Notes: generated by a model not told the origin, from the letters alone. DNA of 64,000 nucleotides from an uncultured Bacilli bacterium (GCA_934130005.1 CAKOXD010000003.1:41980-105979); one strand, 5' to 3'. Counted from the first letter of the stretch, positions 9,906-20,884 are shown. Numbers and translations are program-made.

Positions 9906-11059
9906 TATATTTCTTTTATTTTTTGATATGCTTCTTCAAATATAGATATCTTTTCTTTATTTTTTTCATTTTCTAATGCTAATTCTATATTCATATCGTC
10001 TACTTTTTTTCTTTCGTCTTCTTCAATTTTTAAAGCTTCTTTTAATTGCTCTAATTCTTCTTTTAATTTTTTATTTTCGTCATTTAATGTTGAATAACTA
10101 TTAATGGCTGATTCATTATTTTCTATATAACATAGTGAATTATTACATACATTTATTAGGTTAATTATATCACTATTTAACTCTATATCACCAACTGTTT
10201 CTTCTATAATTGATTCATCAAGTACATTACCACTTTTTATACTATCACTTAATAATCTTAATACATTTATACTAACATAGTGCTCTGTTCTATCATTCTT
10301 TATTTTATTTAATGTATAGTTATAATCTTTTGCGACAGATGCGGTAGCACCATATTTTTGTGATATTTTTATTGTTTTATCTAACAAAGCTTCTTTTGTT
10401 TCTAATGCTAATGAAAATGTATTTTTATATGAATTTTTATAATTTTCTATTTTTATTAAATGTGGATATGTTAATTCTTGTTTACAAGCTATTCTAGATA
10501 TATATTTTTCTAATTCTTGAAAATCATCATATTTTCTTGATGTTGATGGTATATAGTATTTTTCATTTTTAACTACACCTAATACAAAATATTTATTTAA
10601 TTTTTGTCTTACTATATAATAATCACATATTTCTGCTTTATCTTCTAATTTATATGTTTTTTCACTATCATATTTAACAATGGTATAAATATCATCATTT
10701 CTAATATTTATATTATCATTAAATGCTTCTAGTTTTTCATCTATATGTTTTGAAAACATTAAATCAAAACTAAGTTTTCCACTATTTCCTAAATTACCAA
10801 ATGTATATCTATTTTCTATAAAATATTTTAATATTTCATAACTATTCATTCCAGGCTTAAATTTATTTGATAATCTTAAATATTCAATATTTACTCCTAA
10901 TATATGTGGTAAGTTATTTTCAAATAATCTTATATTTAATAAATCTCCATTTGCTAGATAAAGTGTATATTTATTATTTGAAAATTCTATTCTATCATAG
11001 TAGTTTACAAGATTTTCTATTTTATCCATTATTTCATTATATTTTGCTAAATTAATCAT
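9905..11059 (-). CDS. Hypothetical protein with C-terminal coiled coil, expressed from duplicated cassette B
   Basis: 384 aa. I recognised no domain. The C-terminal ~70 aa are K/E-rich heptads. The RBS GGGGG is 6 nt upstream of the ATG. Confidence 0.5.
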   Translation of the reverse strand: MINLAKYNEIMDKIENLVNYYDRIEFSNNKYTLYLANGDLLNIRLFENNLPHILGVNIEYLRLSNKFKPGMNSYEILKYFIENRYTFGNLGNSGKLSFDLMFSKHIDEKLEAFNDNINIRNDDIYTIVKYDSEKTYKLEDKAEICDYYIVRQKLNKYFVLGVVKNEKYYIPSTSRKYDDFQELEKYISRIACKQELTYPHLIKIENYKNSYKNTFSLALETKEALLDKTIKISQKYGATASVAKDYNYTLNKIKNDRTEHYVSINVLRLLSDSIKSGNVLDESIIEETVGDIELNSDIINLINVCNNSLCYIENNESAINSYSTLNDENKKLKEELEQLKEALKIEEDERKKVDDMNIELALENEKNKEKISIFEEAYQKIKEI

Positions 11060-11148
11060 AAAAATCCCCCTTTTTTTATAGTTATGTATACTAACACAAA
11101 ATTTATTTTATGTCAAATTTTTGTTCGTAAAAAAAAGACTATTAGTCT
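11060..11148 (-). promoter_or_regulatory. Promoter cassette B: terminator hairpin, LexA-box-like operator overlapping -35, extended -10 and RBS
   Basis: AGACTAttAGTCT hairpin + T-run, ACGAACAAAAATTTGAC (11112..11128), a 17-nt spacer, TGtTAGTAT and AAGGGGGAT. It duplicates cassette A. Confidence 0.5.
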
Positions 11149-12731
11149 ATTTTATAATTTAAATATATTTTAGCTATTTCTTCTGCAGCTTTTAATCCAT
11201 CTATTGCAGCACTAGTAATACCTCCTGCATATCCTGCACCTTCTCCTATAGGATATATTCCTTTTATATTGCTTTCTAAAAATTCATTTCTTAATATTCT
11301 AACAGGTGATGATGTTCTACTTTCTATTGCTGCTAATAAAGTATCTTCTTTAGCAAAACCTTTTATTTTTTTATCAAAATTATTAATAGCTTCTTTTAAT
11401 GATTCATTAATATATTCTGGGAATAAATCATTTAAGTTTGATAAAGTATAATCTCCTTTTAATATAGGTTTTATATTACCTAGTTTTTCTGTTTTTTTAT
11501 TTTCTATATAATCTTTAAATGTTTGAAGTAATATTTTACCATTTCCCATATCGTATGCTTTCTTTTCTAGTTTTTCTTGAAATTTAATTCCATCTAAATT
11601 ATTACTTCCATAATCTTTTTCATTAATTGTTACTATAACAGCACTATTAGCATTTTCGCTTTCTCTTTTACTATTACTCATACCATTTATAACAAGTCTA
11701 CCATTTGTACTAGATGAATTTACAACATATCCACCAGGACACATACAAAATGTATAAACTCCTCTGTTATTACTTGACTTATATGTTAATTTATAACTTG
11801 CTGGTTCTAGTAAATTATATTTTTCACCATATTGACTTTTATTTATCATATCTTGTTTATGTTGAACTCTTATTCCTATAGCAAATGGTTTTGATGTTAT
11901 TTCTAGTTTTTTTTCATTTAATAAGTAAAATGTATCTCTTGAACTATGACCTATAGCAAGTACAAGTACATCTACATCTATCCATTCATCATTGATTTTT
12001 ATTTTTTTAATTTTATTATCTTCTATTTCTAAATCATTGAATGTACTGTTGTATTTAAATTCTCCACCATGTTTAATTATATCTTCTCTTATATTTTTTA
12101 CTATTTCTATTAATTTATCTGTTCCAATATGAGGTTTATTATCATAGAGTATTTCTTCTTTTGCTCCAAATTTATGAAATATTTCTAATACTTTTTTATT
12201 TCTAAATATCGGATCTTTTACTAATGTATTTAATTTTCCATCTGAAAACGTTCCTGCTCCACCTTCTCCAAATTGAACATTTGAATTTTCATTTAATTTT
12301 CCTGTTTTGAAAAATTCTTCTACAGTTTTTACTCTATCTTCTACTTTTTCTCCTCTTTCAATTATTAGTGGTTTATAATTATTTAAAGCAAGCATATATG
12401 CACAAAATAATCCTGCTGGTCCACTTCCTATGATAGCGATTCTATTTTTTATTTTTTTTGTTCCTGTTACTTCAAATTTATATTCTTCATTTGGAGTTTT
12501 CAATACATCGTGTAAATTTTTTGATAATATTTTTTCTTCATTATCTACTTTAATATCAACTTCATATACATAAAATATACTTGGTTTTTTTCTAGCATCT
12601 ATGCTTCTTTTATTAATTTTTATATTTTTTATTTCTTCTTCTTTTATTTTTAATTTACGTGCTATTTCTTTTTTTAAATTATTTTTCTCTATATCTACAC
12701 TTATTTGTCTTACCCTAATCATTATCTTCAC
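11142..12731 (-). CDS. FAD-dependent protein (COG2509-like uncharacterised FAD-dependent dehydrogenase)
   Basis: 529 aa. GSGPAG dinucleotide-binding motif after an N-terminal ~100-aa leader, with a flavoprotein-like overall layout. Confidence 0.6.
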   Translation of the reverse strand: MKIMIRVRQISVDIEKNNLKKEIARKLKIKEEEIKNIKINKRSIDARKKPSIFYVYEVDIKVDNEEKILSKNLHDVLKTPNEEYKFEVTGTKKIKNRIAIIGSGPAGLFCAYMLALNNYKPLIIERGEKVEDRVKTVEEFFKTGKLNENSNVQFGEGGAGTFSDGKLNTLVKDPIFRNKKVLEIFHKFGAKEEILYDNKPHIGTDKLIEIVKNIREDIIKHGGEFKYNSTFNDLEIEDNKIKKIKINDEWIDVDVLVLAIGHSSRDTFYLLNEKKLEITSKPFAIGIRVQHKQDMINKSQYGEKYNLLEPASYKLTYKSSNNRGVYTFCMCPGGYVVNSSSTNGRLVINGMSNSKRESENANSAVIVTINEKDYGSNNLDGIKFQEKLEKKAYDMGNGKILLQTFKDYIENKKTEKLGNIKPILKGDYTLSNLNDLFPEYINESLKEAINNFDKKIKGFAKEDTLLAAIESRTSSPVRILRNEFLESNIKGIYPIGEGAGYAGGITSAAIDGLKAAEEIAKIYLNYKID

Positions 12732-13902
12732 CCATTAATATTGCACTAAGCCATGCAAATCCTAAATTATAACCTCCACAATCACCATCTACATCTAGTA
12801 ATTCTCCTAATATATATAATCCTTTTTGTTTTAGTGATTCCATAGTATTTATATTTATTTCACTTAGTGGTATTCCTCCACTACATACTTGTGCTTCTAA
12901 ATATGATTTTGTATCTATTATACTTAATTTAAATTTTTTAAATGTTTTTTCTAACAATTTTTTATCTATTTCTTTTAGTTTTGAATCTTTTTTTATCTTA
13001 CTTTTTTCTAATAGTATTTCTATTAGTTTATGATTTAAAGTTCCTTCTAAAAGTTCAAATATATTTCTATTTTTAAGTTGTTTATCTTTTTTTTCTATAT
13101 ATTCTATAAAGTTATCTATACAAGGTAAAAAATCTATTAATAATTCTTCTTTATTGGAATTTAATCTTCTTTTTATTCTACCACTTAAATCAAACACACA
13201 AATTCCACTTACTCCATAATTTGTAAGCATAATTTCTCCTTTTGATGTACCTATTATTTTGTTGCTTTCTAAAATACTTAAATTTACATAACTTCTAATA
13301 CCAGCCCATTTTTTAAAATAAGTTTCATTTCCTACTAATTGTACTAAAGCTGGAAGTGGTTTTATAATTTTATGATTAAATTTTTTTAGTATTTCATATC
13401 CAAAATTTGTTTTTTCTTTTGTGCTTGCTATAGATCCAGTTGCTATTACTACTTTATCTGCTATTATTTCTTTATTTTCTAATTTTATTATATATTTATT
13501 ATTATAATTAATATCTAATACATTTGCATTACATATTATATTTATATCTAATTTATTTACTTCGATTAATAAGCTATTTAATATTGTTTCTGCTTTATTA
13601 GAAAATGGGTAGTAACATCCATTTTTAATTTTAGGTACTACTCCTATAGAATCAAAGAATTTTAATATTTTTTCTTTATTTTCTTCTGTTATTATTTTTT
13701 TTAAAATATCTATATCATCACTTCTATAGTGGTTTATAGTAAATTCTTCATTAAAATAATTACATCTACCGTTACCTGTTTTAAGTATTTTTTTACCACA
13801 TATATCATTTTTTTCTATAAGTATTACTTCATTATTTTTTCTTTTATTTACTATAGCACTTACAAGTCCACTAGCTCCTCCACCAATTATAGCTATCTTC
13901 AT
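12715..13902 (-). CDS. HI0933/YhiN-like NAD(P)/FAD-dependent flavoprotein (aminoacetone oxidase family)
   Basis: 395 aa with N-terminal IAIIGGGASGL. The family call rests on size and motif layout. Confidence 0.65.
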   Translation of the reverse strand: MKIAIIGGGASGLVSAIVNKRKNNEVILIEKNDICGKKILKTGNGRCNYFNEEFTINHYRSDDIDILKKIITEENKEKILKFFDSIGVVPKIKNGCYYPFSNKAETILNSLLIEVNKLDINIICNANVLDINYNNKYIIKLENKEIIADKVVIATGSIASTKEKTNFGYEILKKFNHKIIKPLPALVQLVGNETYFKKWAGIRSYVNLSILESNKIIGTSKGEIMLTNYGVSGICVFDLSGRIKRRLNSNKEELLIDFLPCIDNFIEYIEKKDKQLKNRNIFELLEGTLNHKLIEILLEKSKIKKDSKLKEIDKKLLEKTFKKFKLSIIDTKSYLEAQVCSGGIPLSEININTMESLKQKGLYILGELLDVDGDCGGYNLGFAWLSAILMGEDND

Positions 13903-13910
13903 AAATTCAC

Positions 13911-14591
13911 CTACTTATATTTTAATATTTTTATAATTAATTTATCTTTTTTTGTTTTATTTTTTATTTCTACATATTTATATTTTCCATATTTTCTAAT
14001 ACTAAATACATCATTTTCTTTTATAAAATAAGATGGTTTAATATTATCTTCATTATTTAAAATTATTTCTTTATTTTTAAATTTTTCTAATACTTTTTTT
14101 CTACTATCTCCTGTTATTATAGATACTATATTATCAATTCTAAGACTTGTTGTTACTAATTCTAACAAAGAGTATTCTCTTTTATAGTTATCAATATATG
14201 ATAGTTCAAGATTAATTTTATAGTTTGATATCATATTAAAGTTTTCTATTATATATTTTTCTACATTTTCTAAAATATAAAAATAAAAATTATCTTGATA
14301 TTTTATAATATCACCTATATATGACATATCTACTCCTATATTATATAATGATCCTAATATATCTTGATGTCTTATATTGTTATTACAATTTATTTTATAT
14401 AATAATACTTTGGGTAATTTTTTTTTATAAAGTATTACTTTGTCACTTTCTTCATATGGAGAATATATATTATATTTACTTTTATTTATTTTTCTTTTTA
14501 TTATTTCTAATTCTTTTTTATCTAAAAATAATGTTGATTCTTCTCTATTTAATCTTTCTATACTATTATTAATCTTATATAAATTTTTCAT
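13911..14591 (-). CDS. S4-domain RNA-binding protein (YlmH-like)
   Basis: 226 aa with a C-terminal S4-like segment (LRIDNIVSIITGDSRKKV…). Confidence 0.45.
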   Translation of the reverse strand: MKNLYKINNSIERLNREESTLFLDKKELEIIKRKINKSKYNIYSPYEESDKVILYKKKLPKVLLYKINCNNNIRHQDILGSLYNIGVDMSYIGDIIKYQDNFYFYILENVEKYIIENFNMISNYKINLELSYIDNYKREYSLLELVTTSLRIDNIVSIITGDSRKKVLEKFKNKEIILNNEDNIKPSYFIKENDVFSIRKYGKYKYVEIKNKTKKDKLIIKILKYK

Positions 14592-14620
14592 ATATATATT
14601 ATATCAAATTATTGTATTAT

Positions 14621-15454
14621 TTAATATAATTTTTTAGTTTTTTTATATATCATAACTCCTTCTTCTAAACCATAAAACTTATCAAACTCAAATTCTTTTT
14701 CACAAAAAAATCTTTTAAATTTATCACTAACATAATATAAATATGTAATTATAATGCCATTATCATTTAAGTTAAAATTTTTTAACATTTCTTTATAAAT
14801 AGATATATCAACATAGTTTATTATATTTGATAAATAAATTAAATCATAATTTTCTTTTAATTTTTTAGATATTTCTAATATATTTCCAGTATATAAATTT
14901 AAATCTATTTTATTTAAATTCTGTCTTAACTTTAAATAGTTTTCTTCTTTTAAATATTTATTTTTATTTATTATTTCTTCTTTAGTATGAAATTCACTTG
15001 AAAAAAGTGTTGAATTATATATATCATACCAGTCATAAAAATCGAATAATGAATCCCAGAATTTTCTCACATCTTTATCTAAATCTTCTCTTATCATAAA
15101 ATATAAATCATCATATATTTCATCTGTTGATATCGTATCAAAGAAAAATTTAATATATTCTTCTTTAGTTAATTTTTTTACAGCACTTATCTTTAAAAAT
15201 AAAAAGTATTTAGGAAAACAACTTATATCAAAAGCATCTATTTTTTTACTACCATTTAAAATACTATTTAGTATTTGATCTGATGATGAAATTACACTTA
15301 ATATTTTTTCTTTATCTTTTAAGTATTTATCATACATATTTATTCTTTCATTTGAACTTTTGTATATAATGGAATTTTCATGAAAAAAATTATTTTTTAA
15401 TATATTTGAATATGTATTTCCTACTATTTTTTGCGCTAAAGTTATATCATCCAT
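14621..15454 (-). CDS. Hypothetical protein (possible degenerate SAM-dependent-enzyme-like fold)
   Basis: 277 aa. I could not assign a family confidently. Confidence 0.35.
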   Translation of the reverse strand: MDDITLAQKIVGNTYSNILKNNFFHENSIIYKSSNERINMYDKYLKDKEKILSVISSSDQILNSILNGSKKIDAFDISCFPKYFLFLKISAVKKLTKEEYIKFFFDTISTDEIYDDLYFMIREDLDKDVRKFWDSLFDFYDWYDIYNSTLFSSEFHTKEEIINKNKYLKEENYLKLRQNLNKIDLNLYTGNILEISKKLKENYDLIYLSNIINYVDISIYKEMLKNFNLNDNGIIITYLYYVSDKFKRFFCEKEFEFDKFYGLEEGVMIYKKTKKLY

Positions 15455-15550
15455 AGAAACACCTCGGTTTTATATTATATCATATTTTTTAATATTATTG
15501 ACTTTTAATAACTTTTTATATAATATTGTTATAGAAATAGAGGGATTTAT

Positions 15551-16999
15551 ATGTATATAAATGATAAAATATTGATTGGTAAAAATAATGATGATGAGGC
15601 TTATATTTTACCAAATATGGCTAATAGACATGGTATTATTACAGGTGCGAGTGGTTCTGGTAAAACTATTACTTTAAAGGTTATGGCTGAGAGTTTTTCA
15701 GATTGTTCTATTCCTGTTTTATTAATTGATGTTAAAGGTGATTTAGCTGGATTAGCTATTAAGGGTGAAGATAGTATTAACATTCAAAATAGAATTAATA
15801 GTTTAAATTTAGAAAATTTTGAATTTAAAAGTTACCCTACTCATTTTTGGGATATTTATGGAAAGTTTGGGCATCCTATTAGAACTACTATATCTAATAT
15901 AGGTTATAAACTTCTTTCACGTATGCTTAATTTAACAAGTACTCAAGAAGGAGTTTTAGCTATTATATTTAAGATTGCTAGCGATGAAAATATAGAAATA
16001 GTTGATTTAAAAGATTTAAGAAATTTGATTAATTATATTGGTGAAAAAAGAAAAGATTATACATTAAAATATGGAAATATTTCTTTACAAAGTATTGGAG
16101 CAATTGGAAGAGGTTTAATTGCTTTGGAAGAAGAAGGTGGAGATTATTTTTTTGGTAAACCATCATTTAATATTAAGGATTTTATAAAATACAATGGTGA
16201 TGATGGTAGAGGTTTTATAAATATATTAGATGCGACTACCCTATTTAAAAAACCTACTTTATATGCTTCCTTTTTACTTTGGATTCTTGATTCTCTTTAT
16301 AATGAAATGCCTGAAGTTGGAGATTTAAATAAACCTAAACTTGTATTTTTTATCGATGAAGCACATTTACTTTTCAGTGAAATGCCTGATTATATGATCA
16401 AAAATATTGTTAGTATTGTTAAATTAATTCGTTCTAAAGGAATTGGTATTTATTTTATATCTCAAAGTCCAAGTGATATTCCAAATGAAGTATTATCACA
16501 GCTTGGTAATAGAGTTCAACATGTTTTAAGATATTATACTAAGAGTGATGAGAGTGCTATTAAAGCTGCTTGTAATTCCTTTAGAGAAAATCCTTTATTT
16601 AATACTATGGATGAAATTAAATCCTTAGAAACTGGAGAAGCATTGGTTTCATTTTTAAATGATGTTGGGGAGCCTTCTATAGTTTCTAAAGTAACTATAT
16701 TACCTCCTCAAAGTAAAATTGGTACTATTGATTTAGATACTAGAAATAACATTATTAAAAATGATATGTTCTATAATAAATATGAAAAGAAAATTAGTAC
16801 TGAAGATATTACTTTAAAATTTAATAATAAAACTGATGTAAAAGAAAATAATAGATTTTTAAAAAAAGAAAGTGAAGTTAAAACTACTAGAAAGAAAAAA
16901 AGTAGTCTTGAAAAGGCTACTGCTAAAGTTACAAATTCAGCTTTAAATACACTTGGTAGAAAAATAGGAAATTCAATTTTTAAGGGATTATTTAAATAA
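15551..16999 (+). CDS. DUF853/YjgR-like P-loop NTPase (HerA/FtsK-like ATPase fold)
   Basis: 482 aa. GASGSGKT Walker A at the N-terminus, a DEAH-like FIDEAH Walker B and a K-rich C-terminal tail. Confidence 0.7.
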   Translation: MYINDKILIGKNNDDEAYILPNMANRHGIITGASGSGKTITLKVMAESFSDCSIPVLLIDVKGDLAGLAIKGEDSINIQNRINSLNLENFEFKSYPTHFWDIYGKFGHPIRTTISNIGYKLLSRMLNLTSTQEGVLAIIFKIASDENIEIVDLKDLRNLINYIGEKRKDYTLKYGNISLQSIGAIGRGLIALEEEGGDYFFGKPSFNIKDFIKYNGDDGRGFINILDATTLFKKPTLYASFLLWILDSLYNEMPEVGDLNKPKLVFFIDEAHLLFSEMPDYMIKNIVSIVKLIRSKGIGIYFISQSPSDIPNEVLSQLGNRVQHVLRYYTKSDESAIKAACNSFRENPLFNTMDEIKSLETGEALVSFLNDVGEPSIVSKVTILPPQSKIGTIDLDTRNNIIKNDMFYNKYEKKISTEDITLKFNNKTDVKENNRFLKKESEVKTTRKKKSSLEKATAKVTNSALNTLGRKIGNSIFKGLFK

Positions 17000-17002
17000 T
17001 CC

Positions 17003-17035
17003 TTTTTTTGTATAAAAAAACCTCAAAATGAGGCT
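17003..17035. terminator. Bidirectional terminator between convergent genes
   Basis: aaaaaaacctcaaaatgaggcttatttattttt forms the CCTCA/TGAGG stem. Confidence 0.55.
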
Positions 17036-19191
17036 TATTTATTTTTCTTTTGCTTAATTATATTTAATATTAAATTTATTAATACAAATACCATTGTTAT
17101 ACTTAAAACAATAATTAAATTTTTAGTTAATAATGAACTTTCTATACTAACAATTGTTTCTTTTATTAATCTAATTGTATATGTCATAGGAAGTATTGGA
17201 TTTAAGAATCTAAAACATTTTGTAACTGTTTCAATTGGGAATGTTCCTCCTGCAGCTGCAAGTTGTAATACTAAAATTATAAGTCCAATAAATTTTCCAA
17301 TATCACTAAAGTTTTCTATTAGGAATTCTAATATTGCTAAGAAACAATTTGATGTAAGTACTATTACAAAATAGTATAAGAATACATTTGTTATAGTAAA
17401 GTCTAATAATACTTGTAATAAGAATGCTAATAAAATTCCTGATAATGTTGCTAAAACATGATATGCTGCCATTCTTTTTACTCTTCTTGGTTCGTTAACT
17501 GATAATAATCCAAATCTTTCTTCTTTATCATAATATAACACTATAAACATCATTAGACTTCCTACCCATAAAGCTATTGAGATGAATAATGGTGCAAATG
17601 CAGTACCATAACTTGATATTTTATTTACCTCTTTTGTTTCTAATTTTACAGGTTCTTTTGAGTAATCAGATAATGATTCAACTTTTTTTAGATCATTTTT
17701 TGTATCATTTATTTTGTTGTTTAATTCTACTTTTGATTCTTCTACACTACTATTTAATGTAGTTGCTCCATTATATAATTTAGTTGTTCCATTACTTAAA
17801 GTAAGTGCTCCATTATTTAATCTGTTAACACCATTACTTAAAGTAAGTGCTCCACTTTCAAGAGTATTTACTCCTGAATATAAATTATATAATCCTGTAT
17901 TTAATGATTTAGATCCAATACTTAATTTATATAATCCTGTATTTAATTCAGTTAATCCATTACTTAATTCTTCAAGTGATGTTAATGTTTCAGTTTTAGC
18001 TTTTTCTTTTGCAGTTTTTGCTACTTGTTGTGCAACACTTACACTAACTGTAGAAGCAGTTTGTTCTGATGCATTCATTGATGTTGTTATTGCTAAATTG
18101 TATATTGTTTTATATAAATTACTGTTTTCATTATTTAACTCATCTAATAATGATTTTAAATTTTTATAATTATTACAATAACTTGCAAAGTTAGCATCAA
18201 TACTATTAGAAATACAATAAGTATCAGCATCTATTCCACATTGACTTAATCCTGTTTTTATATTAGTTAAATTTGTGTTATATGTTTGTTTTACACTATT
18301 AATTGCTTGTTTTCCAATTTTATCTTTACTTTCATTTGTAAAGCTTTTCTTTACTGTATTTACTGATAATGTTTTTATATTGTTTAATGTTTCATTATCA
18401 ATTGCTTCACTGTTATCTTCTTTTAATTTAGTAATTGAGTTATTTACTTCATTTTTTATTTTAGTGCTTCCATTATAAGCATTTGTAATTCCATTATTTA
18501 AACTATCTGAACCATCTATTATTGTTTTTGTTCCATTTTTTATTTTTGTTATTCCATCTTTTAATGAAATAGTTCCACCTTTTAATTCTTTTGTTCCACT
18601 ATAAAGTGTTAATACCCCTTCATTTACTTCTTTTGTTCCACTTTTTATACTATTAGTTCCATCATTAAGTTTTGAAAAACCATTGCTTATTTGATCTAAA
18701 CTTGATGGTACTTCGTTTATTGACGATGATAAATTATCTATAATACCTGAATTTATTTCATTGTCTAAACTTTTTTCTACTGTTACCATAACAGTATTAA
18801 TTATTTGACTAGATAAGTAATTTGATTTTTGATTTGGAGAATATGTTATAGTTGGATGTACTTTATTTTCTGTTCCAACACTTTCTATATTTTCTGTAAA
18901 ATCACTTGGTATATTTATGATAGCATAATATTTTCCATCATTTAATCCTTTATTTGCTTCTTCTTCATCTAAAATACTTAATTTTAATTTTTTAGATTTT
19001 TTTATTGAATTTATTAATTCATTACCTTTATCACCTTTATCACTATTTATGACTGCTACTGGTAAATTATCTATATTACCTTCTCCATATGGATTCCAGT
19101 ATGCTTTTAAATAGAAAAAGCTATACATAAAAGGTATTATTAAGACTGCACAAATTATAATTATTTTAAATAATTTATTTTCTTTTTTCAT
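17035..19191 (-). CDS. YhgE/Pip (phage infection protein) family membrane protein
   Basis: 718 aa. An N-terminal TM, a large extracellular region with repeated NxS/T-rich segments and a C-terminal ABC-2-like multi-TM domain match the YhgE/Pip architecture. Confidence 0.7.
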   Translation of the reverse strand: MKKENKLFKIIIICAVLIIPFMYSFFYLKAYWNPYGEGNIDNLPVAVINSDKGDKGNELINSIKKSKKLKLSILDEEEANKGLNDGKYYAIINIPSDFTENIESVGTENKVHPTITYSPNQKSNYLSSQIINTVMVTVEKSLDNEINSGIIDNLSSSINEVPSSLDQISNGFSKLNDGTNSIKSGTKEVNEGVLTLYSGTKELKGGTISLKDGITKIKNGTKTIIDGSDSLNNGITNAYNGSTKIKNEVNNSITKLKEDNSEAIDNETLNNIKTLSVNTVKKSFTNESKDKIGKQAINSVKQTYNTNLTNIKTGLSQCGIDADTYCISNSIDANFASYCNNYKNLKSLLDELNNENSNLYKTIYNLAITTSMNASEQTASTVSVSVAQQVAKTAKEKAKTETLTSLEELSNGLTELNTGLYKLSIGSKSLNTGLYNLYSGVNTLESGALTLSNGVNRLNNGALTLSNGTTKLYNGATTLNSSVEESKVELNNKINDTKNDLKKVESLSDYSKEPVKLETKEVNKISSYGTAFAPLFISIALWVGSLMMFIVLYYDKEERFGLLSVNEPRRVKRMAAYHVLATLSGILLAFLLQVLLDFTITNVFLYYFVIVLTSNCFLAILEFLIENFSDIGKFIGLIILVLQLAAAGGTFPIETVTKCFRFLNPILPMTYTIRLIKETIVSIESSLLTKNLIIVLSITMVFVLINLILNIIKQKKNK

Positions 19192-19203
19192 ATAAAAACC
19201 TCC

Positions 19204-19749
19204 CTATTTAATTAATCCTTTCTTTAGAATTGAAGTTATTTCACTTGCTACTTTTACTTCATCTAGTTCATATTCATATTCAAATAATACTGATACAAAT
19301 ACATTATAAATAATAAATGCGGTTAAGTTAGTGTCACATTTTCTAATATTACCCTTTTTTATTTCTTCATCAAGTAAATTACTTATATATTTTATAATAT
19401 CATTATCATATATTTTTAAGAATGCTATGCTTTGTAAATCATTTTTATCTTTAATTAAATTTTTTACAATAGGGCTTTCTTTTCTTAGTTTTAACATTGT
19501 TATTATACTTTCAGTTAAACTATCAATAAATGATTCTTTTTTTGTTTTTTGTTCTATTTTATTTTTAATGCTTAATAATTCTTCTTCTATAAAATATTTA
19601 AATAATTCTTCTTTATCCTTAAAATAAGAATAAATTGTTTTTTTTGTGACATTAGCTTCTTTAGCAACTTCATCCATCGTAACTTTTTTATATCCATAAA
19701 GGTTAAAAAGTTCTCTTGCTTTATTTATTATTTCTTCCTTTTTATTCAT
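19204..19749 (-). CDS. TetR/AcrR family transcriptional regulator
   Basis: 181 aa with an N-terminal HTH (YKKVTMDEVAKEANVTKKTIYSYF). Confidence 0.8.
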   Translation of the reverse strand: MNKKEEIINKARELFNLYGYKKVTMDEVAKEANVTKKTIYSYFKDKEELFKYFIEEELLSIKNKIEQKTKKESFIDSLTESIITMLKLRKESPIVKNLIKDKNDLQSIAFLKIYDNDIIKYISNLLDEEIKKGNIRKCDTNLTAFIIYNVFVSVLFEYEYELDEVKVASEITSILKKGLIK

Positions 19750-19853
19750 AACTTCACCTTCTATACTACTATACCAATTCGGTATACCAGTATAGTATAT
19801 GCTTATATTTAAAAAAAGTCAAGTAAATAAAGAAAAAAATAAAGATTTTTTCT

Positions 19854-20876
19854 TTATTTTATCAAATACCATTCTTGCATATAGTTTATTTTAGTTTTGC
19901 AGTACTCACAAGTATCTTTATTTACATCTATAGAAGCTCCACAGTTATGACATTTTATAATATTTATTCCACCTTTTAACTCATCTACATATCGTTTATT
20001 TTTCTTCAATATAAATTGTTTATTTTCTATTTTTTTATTTATTTTATTGTTTATGTATTTTATTATTCTTATATTTATTGTTACTTTTATTATAGTTTCT
20101 TCTTTGTTTATTAAATCAAAATCTAAGTAATCAATAATATCATAATCTATAATATCTTCATTTTCTAGATAGTAATATCTTTGTAATTCATAGTTAAAGT
20201 TATTAAAGAATGTCTTTTTAGATATATTATTTTTTTCTGCATTATTCCAAAATTCTATTTGTTTTTGATTCATTTTATTTTTATATATTTTAATAGGAAG
20301 TAATACTATTAAGGCATCTAACATATAGAATATATAGTAAAGTGAAAATCCTAATATTAAACTTCCTACTACTATCTTTGATATATCATATATATTAAAT
20401 GTTCTACCATGTGTTTTTATATATATAAACACCAATATAAAACTCATAATTAAATCTATTATAAAAGTTATTTTATTATATTTTTCATTATGCATTATAT
20501 TGTCTAAATGTTCTTTTGTTCCTAATTCTTTATTAATATAATCTATATTATAATATGTATTACAATAAGGACATCCATTAATAAATTCTTTTGTAGTTCC
20601 AGTCTTACCACAGTTTGGACATATTGTATCTTTATTTTCTTCTTCTTTAAATACATATGTATAATGTACCCTTGGATCAAAATTAGAAACCTTTCCTATT
20701 AAATATCCATCTTTATAGTATTTTTTTTCTAGTCTTATTCCGTTTATAACATCATCATTTATAGAGTTATCTGTATTTCTTTCTAATATTTTATCATTTA
20801 CTTTGTATTTTGTTTTTATGTTTATATTATATTTTTTTAATTTTTTATCATGAAAATTTTCTGTTATTAAACTCAT
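19854..20876 (-). CDS. Membrane protein with N- and C-terminal zinc ribbons
   Basis: 340 aa. CPNCGKTG…CPYCNTYY is near the N-terminus, 2-3 TM helices follow, and the C-terminus reads CHNCGASIDVNKDTCEYCKTKINYMQEWYLIK. That tail resembles the tails of ORFs 60557..61270 and 61273..62190. Confidence 0.5.
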   Translation of the reverse strand: MSLITENFHDKKLKKYNINIKTKYKVNDKILERNTDNSINDDVINGIRLEKKYYKDGYLIGKVSNFDPRVHYTYVFKEEENKDTICPNCGKTGTTKEFINGCPYCNTYYNIDYINKELGTKEHLDNIMHNEKYNKITFIIDLIMSFILVFIYIKTHGRTFNIYDISKIVVGSLILGFSLYYIFYMLDALIVLLPIKIYKNKMNQKQIEFWNNAEKNNISKKTFFNNFNYELQRYYYLENEDIIDYDIIDYLDFDLINKEETIIKVTINIRIIKYINNKINKKIENKQFILKKNKRYVDELKGGINIIKCHNCGASIDVNKDTCEYCKTKINYMQEWYLIK

Positions 20877-20884
20877 ATTTTCTC

